Source: Trichodelitschia bisporula
Lineage: Eukaryota
NCBI GenBank assembly: GCA_010356995.1
Contig: ML996697.1
Location: forward strand, 678,153-727,717
Length of the DNA stretch: 49,565 bases
Direction: 5' to 3'
Shown here: positions 1 through 15,799 of the stretch, in pieces
Position numbering within the stretch: position 1 is the stretch's first letter
How the letters are laid out: each line of letters begins with the position of its first letter
Program-made: the position numbers and the translations under genes
Notes under the pieces: model-generated
Told to the model about the DNA's origin: nothing
Seen by the model: only the letters and a program-made list of their open reading frames with translations
Databases searched by the model: none

Positions 1-648
1 GACGACAAGTGTTCCAGCGCCAGCTTGATGTGCAAGCTTCATATTTTTGGGGGTTGGTTTTGCGGCCTCCATTTTCTGTTAGGTGCTGCTGTCAAGGCTC
101 GATATGATCGTGAATGATGACCATGCTTCCTCAACAAAGGGCTGAAAATGTATCCAGTGGTGTAAACGGGAGATGCCGGGTGATACACGGCATGCAATAC
201 AGAACATCTGAACCGCATCAATGTTAGCGATTCTTCATCACATCCAAAATGAACATGCATCCACATACCTAGCTGGGATTTATGGGTTATGGTACAGGAC
301 CGAGTGACAACTCATTCATTAGCCTTCTTCTGATATAGCACTAGAGTCGCCAGATCAAGCACATCTCCCTCATGCCGGCGATATCACCACCTCAGCCGCG
401 CGGCTTCACGGCTGCTCACAGCCTCGGGACAGCCGCACCACCGCACTACCGCACAGCCGCAGCGATTGAATGAAAGACCAGTGGTCTCGGCGGCCCTGAG
501 CGAGTGAATTTCCCAGGTCCCTCAAGTACCCTCACTGCCACTGTTCTCCACTTCCTCTCCACATCTTCCTCCTCAGTTTCTCATCAACTCCTCTACATCC
601 TCATTCCTTAAACATCAGCTATACACCACACCCACATGCCTTATTACT

Positions 649-822
649 TGCTCGCCCGCGCAGAACTTTACGTGGCTCCCCGACCATACCCACGAGTGCT
701 ATCGCGTCGATTTATCCGCTGGCGATACGGTTTTCATCCATTCTGTTTGGATCCACGCTGTTTGGACGCCCGAAAACAGCCTGGCTATCGGAGGCAACTT
801 CCTCACCCGGCTCCACTATAGC
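649..822 (+). pseudogene. JmjC-domain histone demethylase (JHD1/KDM2-like) internal fragment
   Basis: Frame from 649 (not in the ORF track) reads CSPAQNFTWLPDHTHECYRVDLSAGDTVFIHSVWIHAVWTPENSLAIGGNFLTRLHYS. This matches the JmjC C-terminal WIHAVxTPxxSLxxGGNFL motif of fungal JHD1. The N-terminal part is absent and a stop follows shortly. Confidence 0.75.
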
Positions 823-1184
823 ATACGTGCTCCTGAATATACCGCCGCTATATCCAGCCGTTGCGGTGGCATCTAGCGCATTCAAAAAAGGGCCAACCTA
901 TAGCCATGGCGGACGCCGTCAATAATATCATCGGCGAGATTAAAGGTGTCAAGCGTCCTCGCTCTCAGCAAACCCGCCATGTGTCGGACTGGGCTCGATT
1001 CTCCATCCTCCCCACCCACAGTGGGCGGGAGCCAGCACCGACCCGCAACTGTGCGTCCTCGAGGTTTCTGACCTCGGACCCAAGGCTGGGGCGCGTGAGC
1101 CCAACAATAGCCATCCCTATTTCTGGCGCATGCCAGGACCTCCGGCGGTGGACTCCTAACATGGGGTCCGGTCCTTTTCGGCCC

Positions 1185-1346
1185 CTGGAAGAATGGTGCC
1201 ACAGGCCGGATAACACGCGTCCCGCTCTCGACATCTTGCGCGACGTGATCGATCTCAAGAAGACGAACAACGGCCTCATGAAGCCCACGCTTACCGACGA
1301 TCTCGTCTGCGACACCCACGCCAAGCTGTACAACCAAATGGTCCCC
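1185..1346 (+). pseudogene. HIR3/Cabin1-like histone chaperone C-terminal fragment (tentative)
   Basis: LEEWCHRPDNTRPALDILRDVIDLKKTNNGLMKPTLTDDLVCDTHAKLYNQMVP resembles the LKKxNNxLMKxxxxDDLxxDxYAxLY segment I recall from filamentous-fungal Hir3. It is an isolated ~54-aa piece. Confidence 0.5.
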
Positions 1347-4300
1347 ACATGCTCCGCCACTGCCCGGCGCTGAACTGCTTGCTCTCCTTCTTTCAAGGTG
1401 GGTCGCAAGAAGCGCTCAAGCAGTCCGGGAGAGACTGCGAGCGTGAGAACGCAGCGACCGTTGAACAGACTCGCCGCGCCCTTTGTCAGCAGGAGGATGA
1501 ACTTAGCAACATGATCATGAACTTTGTCAACGACGCCATAGCACTCAAGGTAAGCTGTTTAACCAGATCGACAGGACATTCGGGATTTTCATCTCTAACA
1601 CCGACCAGATCGTCGCTCAGAACCGTCAGCTTGGGGAGCAAACCTCAACCGAACCGTCACCGCGACAAACACGGAAGTCTCTCAAAATCAGGCCAATACC
1701 GAGGAACTGGGCCAGGTGTTCCCTGCCAACGCCGAAAATGCTTGCCTTCAGCGAACGTCAGTGGCCTTGCCGGTGCTTCTATTCTCTATATATACCGGGC
1801 CTCAGACTGGATCGAGAGGCCAAAGTCGGGCAGGGCTTGCTCCTTTTTTTATACCGGAAGGAGCTCCTCACCTATTACTCCCCACCACTTCTGTATAAGA
1901 CTAGGCTTCGATGGCTACCTGCGATCTCATATCTCCGATCTTTGTATATTCAACCACTGCCACGACCCGAACGACGAGCTCGCCCATCAGAAGCTGCTCT
2001 ACCAGGAAATCGCCTTGCACTCCGTGCGCTCGACTGCTCCCTTCCAGCTGCTTCAGATGGCCGCGCTGAGTCTGCTCACGAGAAACGCAAGACTGACTGC
2101 GTCGCTCGCTCTTCCTAGTGCTTCGGCCGCGGAAGACCTGGAGCCTGCCCAGAAGAATTCTCGCTCTGTTGCTCCCAAGGTGGTCGCGCCACGCCGTCGC
2201 CGTCCTAGTACCTCTGTCATCAATCCCACTTACAGCATCTCCAACGTTCTTAGTGCCAGGGTAGCGAGTCGAACGACGCTAAGACCGTGGTTAAGAAGAG
2301 GTGGGCTGAACGGCTCTCTGCCGAGCCGACTCTGATGAGCTTGTGCGACGCCGAGATATTGCCTCACATTGCGGACCATGCCCGCTTCTGGTGCGCCGAA
2401 CAAGCATGGAGCACTCACCACCAACTCAACACTTCCTGCCGACCGACTCCCGTTTGCGCCTTTCATTCCTCTCCCTCTGACGCTTTCTCCTGGTATAGGA
2501 TGACCGCATCTCGTTCCACGTCCCTTGTCCACCAAGGACGCTGCATATCTATATAACGCAGCAGAATGCTAGCCGGCGGATGCCAGTAAAATTGCGGTTA
2601 CAACACCGTCTTCGTTTGTAAAGAAGCATTGGCCGCGTCACGACCCGCACTATATCAGGATCGTATATACTTTTTGCCTCCCCGTGGAGCGGAGTGGAAA
2701 GTTTCTTATACCAATGGGAAGGAGTTGCGGTGGGGTGGTGGCTCCCGCTCGTTGTCGGCGCATGTCAAGCAAACGTGCGGCCTGCGTCATCGGCGGCAAA
2801 AACGACGTCTACTTCCTCGCCGAATCTCTCCTCCAGTCACCAATGCCACTATACCTATCATCCACCGTGGCCACACCCACCAGCAACATCTATCATCCTC
2901 TCTTATAAGTCTCTCAACCTTCCGCCCCCCCTGTGGTATATTGATGGCATGGTGCTTCGGCGTCATAACCTTCGGCTTCGGGTGTAACATATTCTACGAC
3001 ACGGGCGCAGAACGGAGTACAGATCTTTCGTGGTGCTAAACCCTCCAGTCCAGAGCTCGAGACTCTCCTCGCAAACATCCGCACCAAAGTTCTCATCTCA
3101 CGCTTGTTCTCTTAACGCTTGTTCTCTTATACCTCAGGCTCTCGGAGCCCTATATATAGGCGCAGTTCACGGCCGATTATCATGACTCAGACGGCCCTAC
3201 CGCCTCTCAGCCGACTTCACAGCCTTAAAAGCCCTCCTGCATTGCCCCGGCTCCACCTTCCCCCCCGACATGGCCCTATGATATCTACAGTGCTTACTGT
3301 TTCCAACACCCTCAAGCACACGGGGGCGGTTTGAAGAGGGCGCAACTGGGGCAGCTGCGAGAAAGCTTCGGAGATATACCCTCTGCTTGAGAAAGATCGT
3401 ACTCGTGGGGATCCCGGTGCTTTTGATGAGGAAGTATAGTTTGCGAATCAGGTTGACTATAAACCTGCGCGGTTTGCGGAGATAGGTCTTTTTGATGTGC
3501 CGCTGGCCATCTCCTCAAGTAATTAGGGTTACTTTTATACTCGGCACTCAGAACAAAACCAGCAATCCCCGAAACCTCCCCAAAGGTACGAGCCGTACAC
3601 ACCCTTCTCCGGTCCATAGCTTCTACTTGTCAATCGCCACCAAATTGACCTCACGCACCAGAAAACTCCCATGATTTCGTACCATCGGGTAATCACTGAA
3701 ACTCTTTCTATACTCCGAAGCTGCGGCTTCACTTCCGCAAACATGTCTTCAATTATATTGACAATCCCGACAAGGAACATTTTCCGTCCAAGTTTTATAG
3801 GGCAAGCGGCATCGCATCCCACCCGAAGAGGCATATAGGACCCTCCCGCGACCTTTCCGATACGGGAGTCGCCAGCGGAGCACGTCCTCGTGCGGCACCG
3901 ACAATGACACTGGCAACTATACCCGGCCCCTGCAGCACTTCAGCAGCTCACCGACAACCGTGCGGCGGCCGGCACTGCCGCTTCTTCGTATAACGATGGC
4001 TCGAACGATGCCGGCTCTATAGAAAGCTTATATATCTGAGAATGATAAAGCTCCATCTCCCCAGACGGCTGAGCGCGGATGGGAGGAATTCCACCCGGAC
4101 CTCCACACCAACATCTCGCTTCTACCTTCAGCGCCGACCAGGTTGACGCCCAAGAGCCTGCCATAGGTGACAGCTGCGACGAACCGCCCTCTAAAGTGCC
4201 TCCCCCCATTCACAGCCCTCCAGACGATGATACGGTTGTTGTGAGCACGCCCGGCAGACCCCAGTCCCGGCGCCCTCTTCTCCTCAGGACCCAGAAGTCG

Positions 4301-5775
4301 AGTGAGACATCTGCGCAACCACTCGCTTCTATACTTATGCCGAGCGCGAGACCGCCTACGCCGTTCTGCGCGATCTTGAGATCGAGCGACACCGCCGGCG
4401 TCACCAGCGTCAGGCTGAGTTTCCTGAGAGTTACTCTTGCGCGTTGAATTCCGTATAGCCAGGCGCAGGGTCGGCGTCCCGGAAGTCCGGTATATGGCGC
4501 ATATATTTCTATATGATCTGAATCCTCCGTTGCCGCCCCCTCACTATCATCAGCTCTAGAGAACCCCACAACCGCCGCCAGTCCCGATCTGCGAGGATAA
4601 AAACAATCCAGGCAACGCACTCTCCCTCGCTCTCATCTCCCCGACCCGGCAGCCCGACCCAGGCGACGGCGATTTCTACCGCCAAAGCGTCCCAACGCGC
4701 GCGCCGCTTCTCACCCGACCTATAGAAGATAATGTTACCCCTAACCCGCATTTATCCGCCTAGATCTGCCGACGACCAAGCTCCCATGGGCAAGGCATCT
4801 TTCGTCACCATGTCAAGATTGCTTACAACTGCAAGCAGAACCACTTTGAGATGGAGGGCTACGGGAGGAACGGTGCCTTCCGTGACTTTAACTACGTCTG
4901 GGAGCGGTATTCTCAGCCGTGACCGCGCTGCGGGGCGCACTTCGAGGTTGTCGTCGATACCATTAGGGCGGCTTATATACTTGGTCCCGAGTCACGCCCT
5001 CCGGGCCGTGGGCTATATAATGACGGCTCTGGCGACATTGCTCATGCCAGGCATGAACTGCACGAGGCGGGTATAAAGGTCTTTTATGCGGCGCACGTCA
5101 AGCCCGCCGTGAGGACTACGGTGTCTCGGTTGCAGGCACGATCTGCAAAAATAACAAGACCGAGAACTATCCGTTTCTCTGGCTGTCCCTCCATTCCGTG
5201 CCAGCAACAATGAGCAGAAAGCTGCTCCGCGCGCCATCATTATACCGCCAGTTATAGAGCAAGTCTGCACACTTGCTAATTGGATCAATGCACCCAAGAT
5301 GCTCCAAGAGGCCGACACCGCCAATCGACGCGCCTTTGAAGACCAGCAGCTGCGGGGCCCGTGTGCGCGTCGATAAAGTTGGAGCATGTCAACTCCACAA
5401 CCCTCTTCAACTACTCCGTCTTCCCAACATCTCACTTCTGCTAACACAATTATATGTTCCTCCGGCATGTTGATCCCACGCTGCCCCTGTGCTTTGTCGG
5501 GACCTCGCACCATACGGTGTCGGCCTGGGTTTTTTTGCGCCGGAGATCTCAGTATACGGGGGCGGAATATATGGTAATCTTGCAACAGCGAACAATACTT
5601 ACGACTACCAGAGCGAGAACACGCTGTTGGACAAGGGCTTTCAGGACACAGCCGGATGATGGCCGCGGGTGGATTCATCTGTAAATCTCGATTTGTGCAT
5701 AGAAAATCTCAGTTTGAGGAGCAAACCATGTTTTTATCAGCCGGTTGAATTGGCATCGAGCTTCGGCGTTCAAAA

Positions 5776-6012
5776 AGGGCAAAAGCATAGAGCGGTTTGG
5801 GATTGGCTGCTGGTCACCCACACAATCACTAGTTCTAGTTCTAATCAACCGGCTCGTACCTTTACCAATTCCGCGCGCGGATGTAGGTCTCTGAGAAAAC
5901 CAGTCCCCGTCTACCCACTCAAGTGAAACAGCGAACCGGTTGATTAGAACTAGAACTAGTGGTTGTGTGGGTGACCAGCAGCCAATCCCAAACCCCGGTA
6001 TGTTTTTGTCCT
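5776..6012. repeat. Long inverted repeat (hairpin / MITE-like)
   Basis: Arm 5794-5856 (GGTTTGGGATTGGCTGCTGGTCACCCACACAATCACTAGTTCTAGTTCTAATCAACCGGCTCG) is a near-perfect reverse complement of 5932-5994, with a 75-bp spacer. Imperfect pairing extends to about 5776/6012. Confidence 0.9.
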
Positions 6013-6154
6013 CTGCATTGGAGCCTTATTTGGCTAGGAGGGTAATGCGGGGGAAGCTCTGCTGCGCAGTCCTATGTCTTTATTTTTTTACCAGGCTCTA
6101 ACTCTCAGGCCCGCTATGTACCACCTTGCAACTTCATTCAGCACATACGGCCAC

Positions 6155-6267
6155 AGGTCGCTGAGAACACCAGTCCCCGTCTGCTCACTGAAGTTAAACA
6201 GCGAACCGGTTGATTAGTAGTTGCGTGGGTGACCAGCAGCGAATCCCAACTGCTGTATGTATTTGAC
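6155..6267 (+). repeat. Diverged direct copy of the spacer plus right arm of the 5776-6012 element
   Basis: AGGTCGCTGAGAACACCAGTCCCCGTCT...AAACAGCGAACCGGTTGATTAG...GTGGGTGACCAGCAGCGAATCCCAA aligns with 5885-6010. Confidence 0.85.
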
Positions 6268-6725
6268 TTTTTTTTTGCTCCGGCTGCTTTTCTCTTCAGC
6301 CTTCCAGGTGGCACAGGAAAAGCTCGGCGCAAGTTGCGCGAGGGCGCCTTGGCTTGCCAATGTCATCCACTTCTTTTGGCAAGGCTGACGATCTTCCTCA
6401 TACTTGAACTTCAACTATACATCACACCCACTGATACGAAGCACGCAGGTGAAAACTTAGGAGGACGACCCCAAGATGAGAGCACGCAAAGGCGAACGAA
6501 AAGAAGAACTGTGTTGAGTGCTAACTGTGTGGATGAAGAGAGAGAGACACAACAAAAGCGACTAAAGTACAGGAGGCGAATCCCCCTGGTGACTGCCTAG
6601 ATATCATGCTTCGCAATAGCCCCATGGCCTCTCCTACTCCCATCACTCTGAGCCCTAATGGCAGTAGCACACCATGCTGTTGTTGATATATTTCTTTCAG
6701 CTGAACAGAACGGCCACATCTTCCC

Positions 6726-7295
6726 TCAGGGACTGATGCGGCCAATGAGCTCCTCAAGGGAAACGCGGTGCACGTTAAGGTCAAAGACCTTGTCGGTGCC
6801 CGCAATAACCATTCGGTGTGGCATATCATTTTCGAGGAATGCCTCAATCTTTTTGGCATTCTCAAAGGTGACGTGCTTGTTGAATCAAGCGTCAGGTGCG
6901 GGTGGCCGTCGAAACGAAAAAGCTCACACCTCGAGCTTAAATCCCGGAGCACTTGGACACCCGTCAGTCTTCCCGTTCCGCTGTTGATGCGGTCAGGATG
7001 TGCAACGCGCTGGAGATTCTTGTCGTTCCCTCGGGTAATCGGGATGAGTGCGTGGAAGTTTTGCCTCGACGGGGTCAATCAGTTGGTGGTTGTCCAACAT
7101 AATGCAATCCCCATGCAGCGGTGCAAACTCTTTGGCTATGGCGAACTTTCCAGAGCCTGGGAAGCCATTGATCCAAACCACGGGGGCAACTCCCTCAACT
7201 TTGGGAGTGGAAGAAGAGGGTGGCACGGATGGAGCGATCAAGCCAGGAAGACTCGGATCTAGTATAAACATGCGGGGGGGTGCTTGGTTCTCCAT
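6726..7295 (-). pseudogene. Small P-loop kinase (AAA_33 / chloramphenicol-phosphotransferase-like) pseudogene
   Basis: The N-terminal part has a Walker A region (VWINGFPGSGKFAIAKE) followed by LDNHQLIDPVEAKLPRTHPDY. The C-terminal part NLQRVAHPDRINSGTGRLTGVQVLRDLSSRCELFRF is in another frame, and FENAKKIEAFLEND needs a further shift. The middle of the protein appears to be missing. Confidence 0.65.
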
Positions 7296-7410
7296 CGGTG
7301 GCACCTCGTTCTGGTGAGGGGAAAGAAGAGAGATGGAAAAGCGATGGATGGGAAGCGACTGCAGTCCTGGCACTATTTATACTCTGGTGCGGTGGTGGTG
7401 GGCAGCATCC

Positions 7411-7510
7411 AGGAAGTCACGTCCCACCTGTGTAGGAAGTTACATCCCACCTGTGTAGTAAGTTACAGCCCACATATGGGTAGGAAGTCACGTCCTACCT
7501 ATGGAGGAAG
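7411..7510. repeat. Minisatellite, ~23-25 bp x ~4
   Basis: Tandem variants of AGGAAGTCACGTCCCACCTGTGT. Confidence 0.8.
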
Positions 7511-8339
7511 GAGGATCTTATGCCGGGAAGCCACCATCACTTCCTGAAGGGAGTTACCGGCTGTTTGTTGATGATGTGGAGCACGATGGGATGCATCATG
7601 GCAAGCACGCTGGTTATGCCAGTAGGAACTAAGGAGTACGATGCAGGCACACTGCATACACATGGCAACAGCCCCTGGTTTGTTTACGACATTGTTATGG
7701 CAGTATCGCCCAGCGCCTAGGAAGCCAACATGGCAACTGATTGTACTTAGGCTAGCTGGCACCGCGGCCGTCTTTCGAAGGGCGTCTTCGGCTTCACTTT
7801 TGCTTCCAATCACTGCTCGTGACGTTGTCTTTCCACACCACCAACAGCGCCTGTCTCTCGCTCCAGATTCATTCATTACACCAGAGTTTACGAGCCATCT
7901 CTGGCACGTCTTAGAGATCATCACCACTCCCACTCGCTTCTAGCACTCGCTTTGCCTACTACCACAATACACCGGTGTTAGTGCCCCCATACATACAACA
8001 AGCTTTGAGGTTTCGCGGGCAACGCACAGCGAGGCTCGCCCACAAATACACGCTCTCTTACCGTTTTCCTCTTGTGAGTCCCATACAGCTTCCTCTGTCG
8101 AACAGCTGACGTCGAGGCGACCAAAAACCCAATTCCCGTTGCTAATGCTCTCATAGATCACGGGCCACGCACCATGCCTGTTGGCAGCGCAGCCGACGAG
8201 AAGACCCAAGTGCTCGGCTTGGACGTAGTGATTAACAGCCATGTTTCCCGGTGAGAGCAGGAGGACGCTGGCTCGGAGATGGGCACCCTCTGCGCGGCTG
8301 TTCTCGATAGCGACGGGCACCCGGCGGCCTACAGTTCCT

Positions 8340-8538
8340 TCACTCAACTTCCTCCGAAATTCCTTGCCAAAGGAGCAGCTACTGTGCGACGCTTCGATGA
8401 CAGATCAGCTCTTGACTGAACTGGAATCCATTCCTTTGGCGATTGTACAAGCAGTAGCCTTCATTGCAAAAATTCCAATGTCCATTTCCCAATATCTGCA
8501 GCTCCTGCGGAATACCGACCAAGACATGGCCGATCTAC
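8340..8538 (+). pseudogene. NB-ARC (fungal NLR) helical-domain fragment
   Basis: LLTELESIPLAIVQAVAFIAKIPMSISQYLQLLRNTDQDMADL matches the LxxLPLAIxQAxAyI..sIsxYL motif of fungal NB-ARC proteins. No P-loop is present upstream. Confidence 0.7.
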
Positions 8539-9546
8539 GCTGTACCACACTTCTGTCGCCTTCTTCCACAAGACCATGGGATACAAGTACTGCTTTGTGC
8601 CGGCGACTACAGACACCGTCAGCTCGCCGATGGGTCTAGGTTCCGACTACGAGCGCGTGTCTATCCCCTCTCTCGGCCAGAAGGCTCACCTTGCGGACTC
8701 GATGCAGTTTCCTCTGGAATACTTCCTCCCCGTAGAAGACGACGGACCTGGCGCCCACTACGTGTAATACGTCTTTCCGCGGTGAAGACCCTGACCCCAT
8801 ACACCTGAACCAGTTTTAACCACGTGGAGTGTGAACTGGCAGGTCCTGTCAGTAAAGGGATGGAGGCTGCCGAGAGCTACACCGTGAACCACGTGTGGTC
8901 TCTTCTCCAGCACCATGAGGCGCTGGTTCAAAGTGTGGCTGGGAGCACGGATCATTTGATGCAGTTACTCAAGTTATACCGCGGTTACGGCAGTCAATTT
9001 CCATGGATCACTCTGGATAACGCGCTCTCACTCGGGATCATGGATAACAGCTGTTGGAAGTTTGTCCTCGAGGAGGATCCCACGAAAGGGAGAACCATCA
9101 CCAGGGCAGGGGAGCTGAGGCTAATCAACCACTTTGGTGGCGCTGTCTGGACTGAGCAGATGGGCCACCTAGCCGTACCCTTTTACCAGGCGTTCCTTGA
9201 CCAGGCGAGCGCAAAGGCGCGCTGTGCTGAATTGCTGCTGGGTTACGGCGAAGTTTTGGGTCTTGGTGAGCAACACTCCGCGAAAGACGTGCTTGCCGCA
9301 CTCGTGCAGCACGAAGTGTCCACCGAAAAATGCAACTGGTACGTCCAGATCCGACAAGAGAAGTCCATGCTCACCACGGGCTGGGGAATGGGGGTGGAGA
9401 GTTTTTTGGCGTGGGTCTTTCAACACCACGACATTCGCGACCTGACAGTCATACCGCGAATGAAAGGCCTCATTTACTCCGTGGTGGCTTACCTATCGCC
9501 TTGTGGGAGAGTGGTTTGTTGGAGGCGAGAGTGGGGGAACCGGTAG
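8537..9546 (+). pseudogene. Stand-alone class IIb aaRS catalytic-domain paralog (AsnRS-like / AS-AR asparagine synthetase type) with two frameshifts
   Basis: Three segments: TVSSPMGLGSD...LADSMQF; then (+1 at ~8765) NTSFRGEDPDPIHLNQF; then (+1 at ~8818) HVECEL, completing motif 2. Downstream are ELLLGYGEVLGLGE and motif 3 GWGMGVESFLAWVFQHHDIRDLTVIPR. No anticodon-binding OB domain is visible. Confidence 0.8.
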
Positions 9547-9773
9547 GAATTCGTGCGTTGCGATGGGTGTGAGCGGGTCATGACCGAAGGCGATTTACCC
9601 GGTGATCGTAACCTGATATAAGCAGCGAATCCTAACTGCTGTATGGTTTTGATTATTTTGCCCTTCTCTCCAGCGTGTTGCTCTTCTTGCAGACCATAAC
9701 ATCAATCATCCTCTAAAACCAGCAAAAAGCCAGCACGATGAATCATTACTTTTACCCTTAACCCTCAACCCCT

Positions 9774-14516
<4,743 letters not shown>

Positions 14517-15799
14517 TCATGCGGGGAAAAGTTGACGACGATATGGGGGTGGGGTGGCTGTCGGGGAATCGTTGACCCGCACCGTGTCCGAATATGGCAA
14601 CTATCGGAAGTAGGATAAAGTTGGGAGCATTTGGCAGATAAAGAACGGAGAAAATTAGGGTACGCATTATGATTTACAACGTTAGCATAAATTTGGGCTG
14701 AAGTCAGTTGTTTGGTATTTTATCTAGAAGCTATCCTCTGTTCGCGATCTCTGAGTTAACACTTCGGTCATAGATGTCTACAAGGTGCAGAGTAACCTCG
14801 GAAGTCTCCAATCATTTTGGCGGCACGGAAGAAGAATACTAAGTGTGGATGATGGATGCCAGCTGAGGGGAGACGGCACGGCCCTTTGTATTTTGGTTGA
14901 TGTTTGGTGCGGGTGTTATTATAATTTGATCTTGCGGCGCTTTGCACCTTTCGTCGGTGTGTCGTTGCAGGTAAGAGATGCGCTCGGGTACTAGTTCTAA
15001 GTACTCAGTCATCGTCCCCCCGAGCGCCAACTGAAGGCGCGGTGCGTCTTGGCCCGCAGTGGAGACAAATTTCGGTGGAGACATACTCATAGCGACTTGC
15101 TAAGAGTGGTATTCGTATGCTTGAGAATTTGAAAGGAGGTAGGGATGGCGAGGTAGAAGAGAAGAGCCTTGACCCTCCACCTTCGGTCCGTCTGCGGCCA
15201 CTGGAACTCCTCAAGCGCACGACAGATGTCTGGGTTGACGTGTCCTACGCTTGTTAGTCTGCACGGGATGGGAGAGATTGTTACGCACTGCCCATGCCAA
15301 ACTTCGATTCGATCATTTTCACAGCCTCTATCCGAACCTCCACCGTGCAGAGACGGGCGGTGTTCTGGGGCAATGAGCGGGTCGTTCGAAGCCGTTAAAA
15401 GATCATGAGAAGGCCGATAAGGTAGAACAAACCCAGTAATTTCCACTGTTAAAGGCCTATATGAGTCACTACGTCAGGCCAGTTGAAGACTTGTTGGTGG
15501 GGTAAAGATTCGTATGGTGGACGGGGCTCGGTCCAGGACAGCCTTGCGTAGGCCAGTGTGAGGAGCCGTGCGAGCCACGACCTGGCAAATCTTGCAGCCC
15601 TTTTGGCCTTGTTGTTTCATCTCCTATCACCATGGCGAGCGTCGAATTGCCGATCCAGCCCGGGCACATTGCCGGCATGGCATCACCACCCACGACAAGC
15701 GTATATAGGCATCTCAGCGACTGTCGAAATAATAACTGACTGGTAGGCCCGTTCATTGTAGCAAGACTTGATGAAATGCGGCAGCAGTCAACTGACAGG

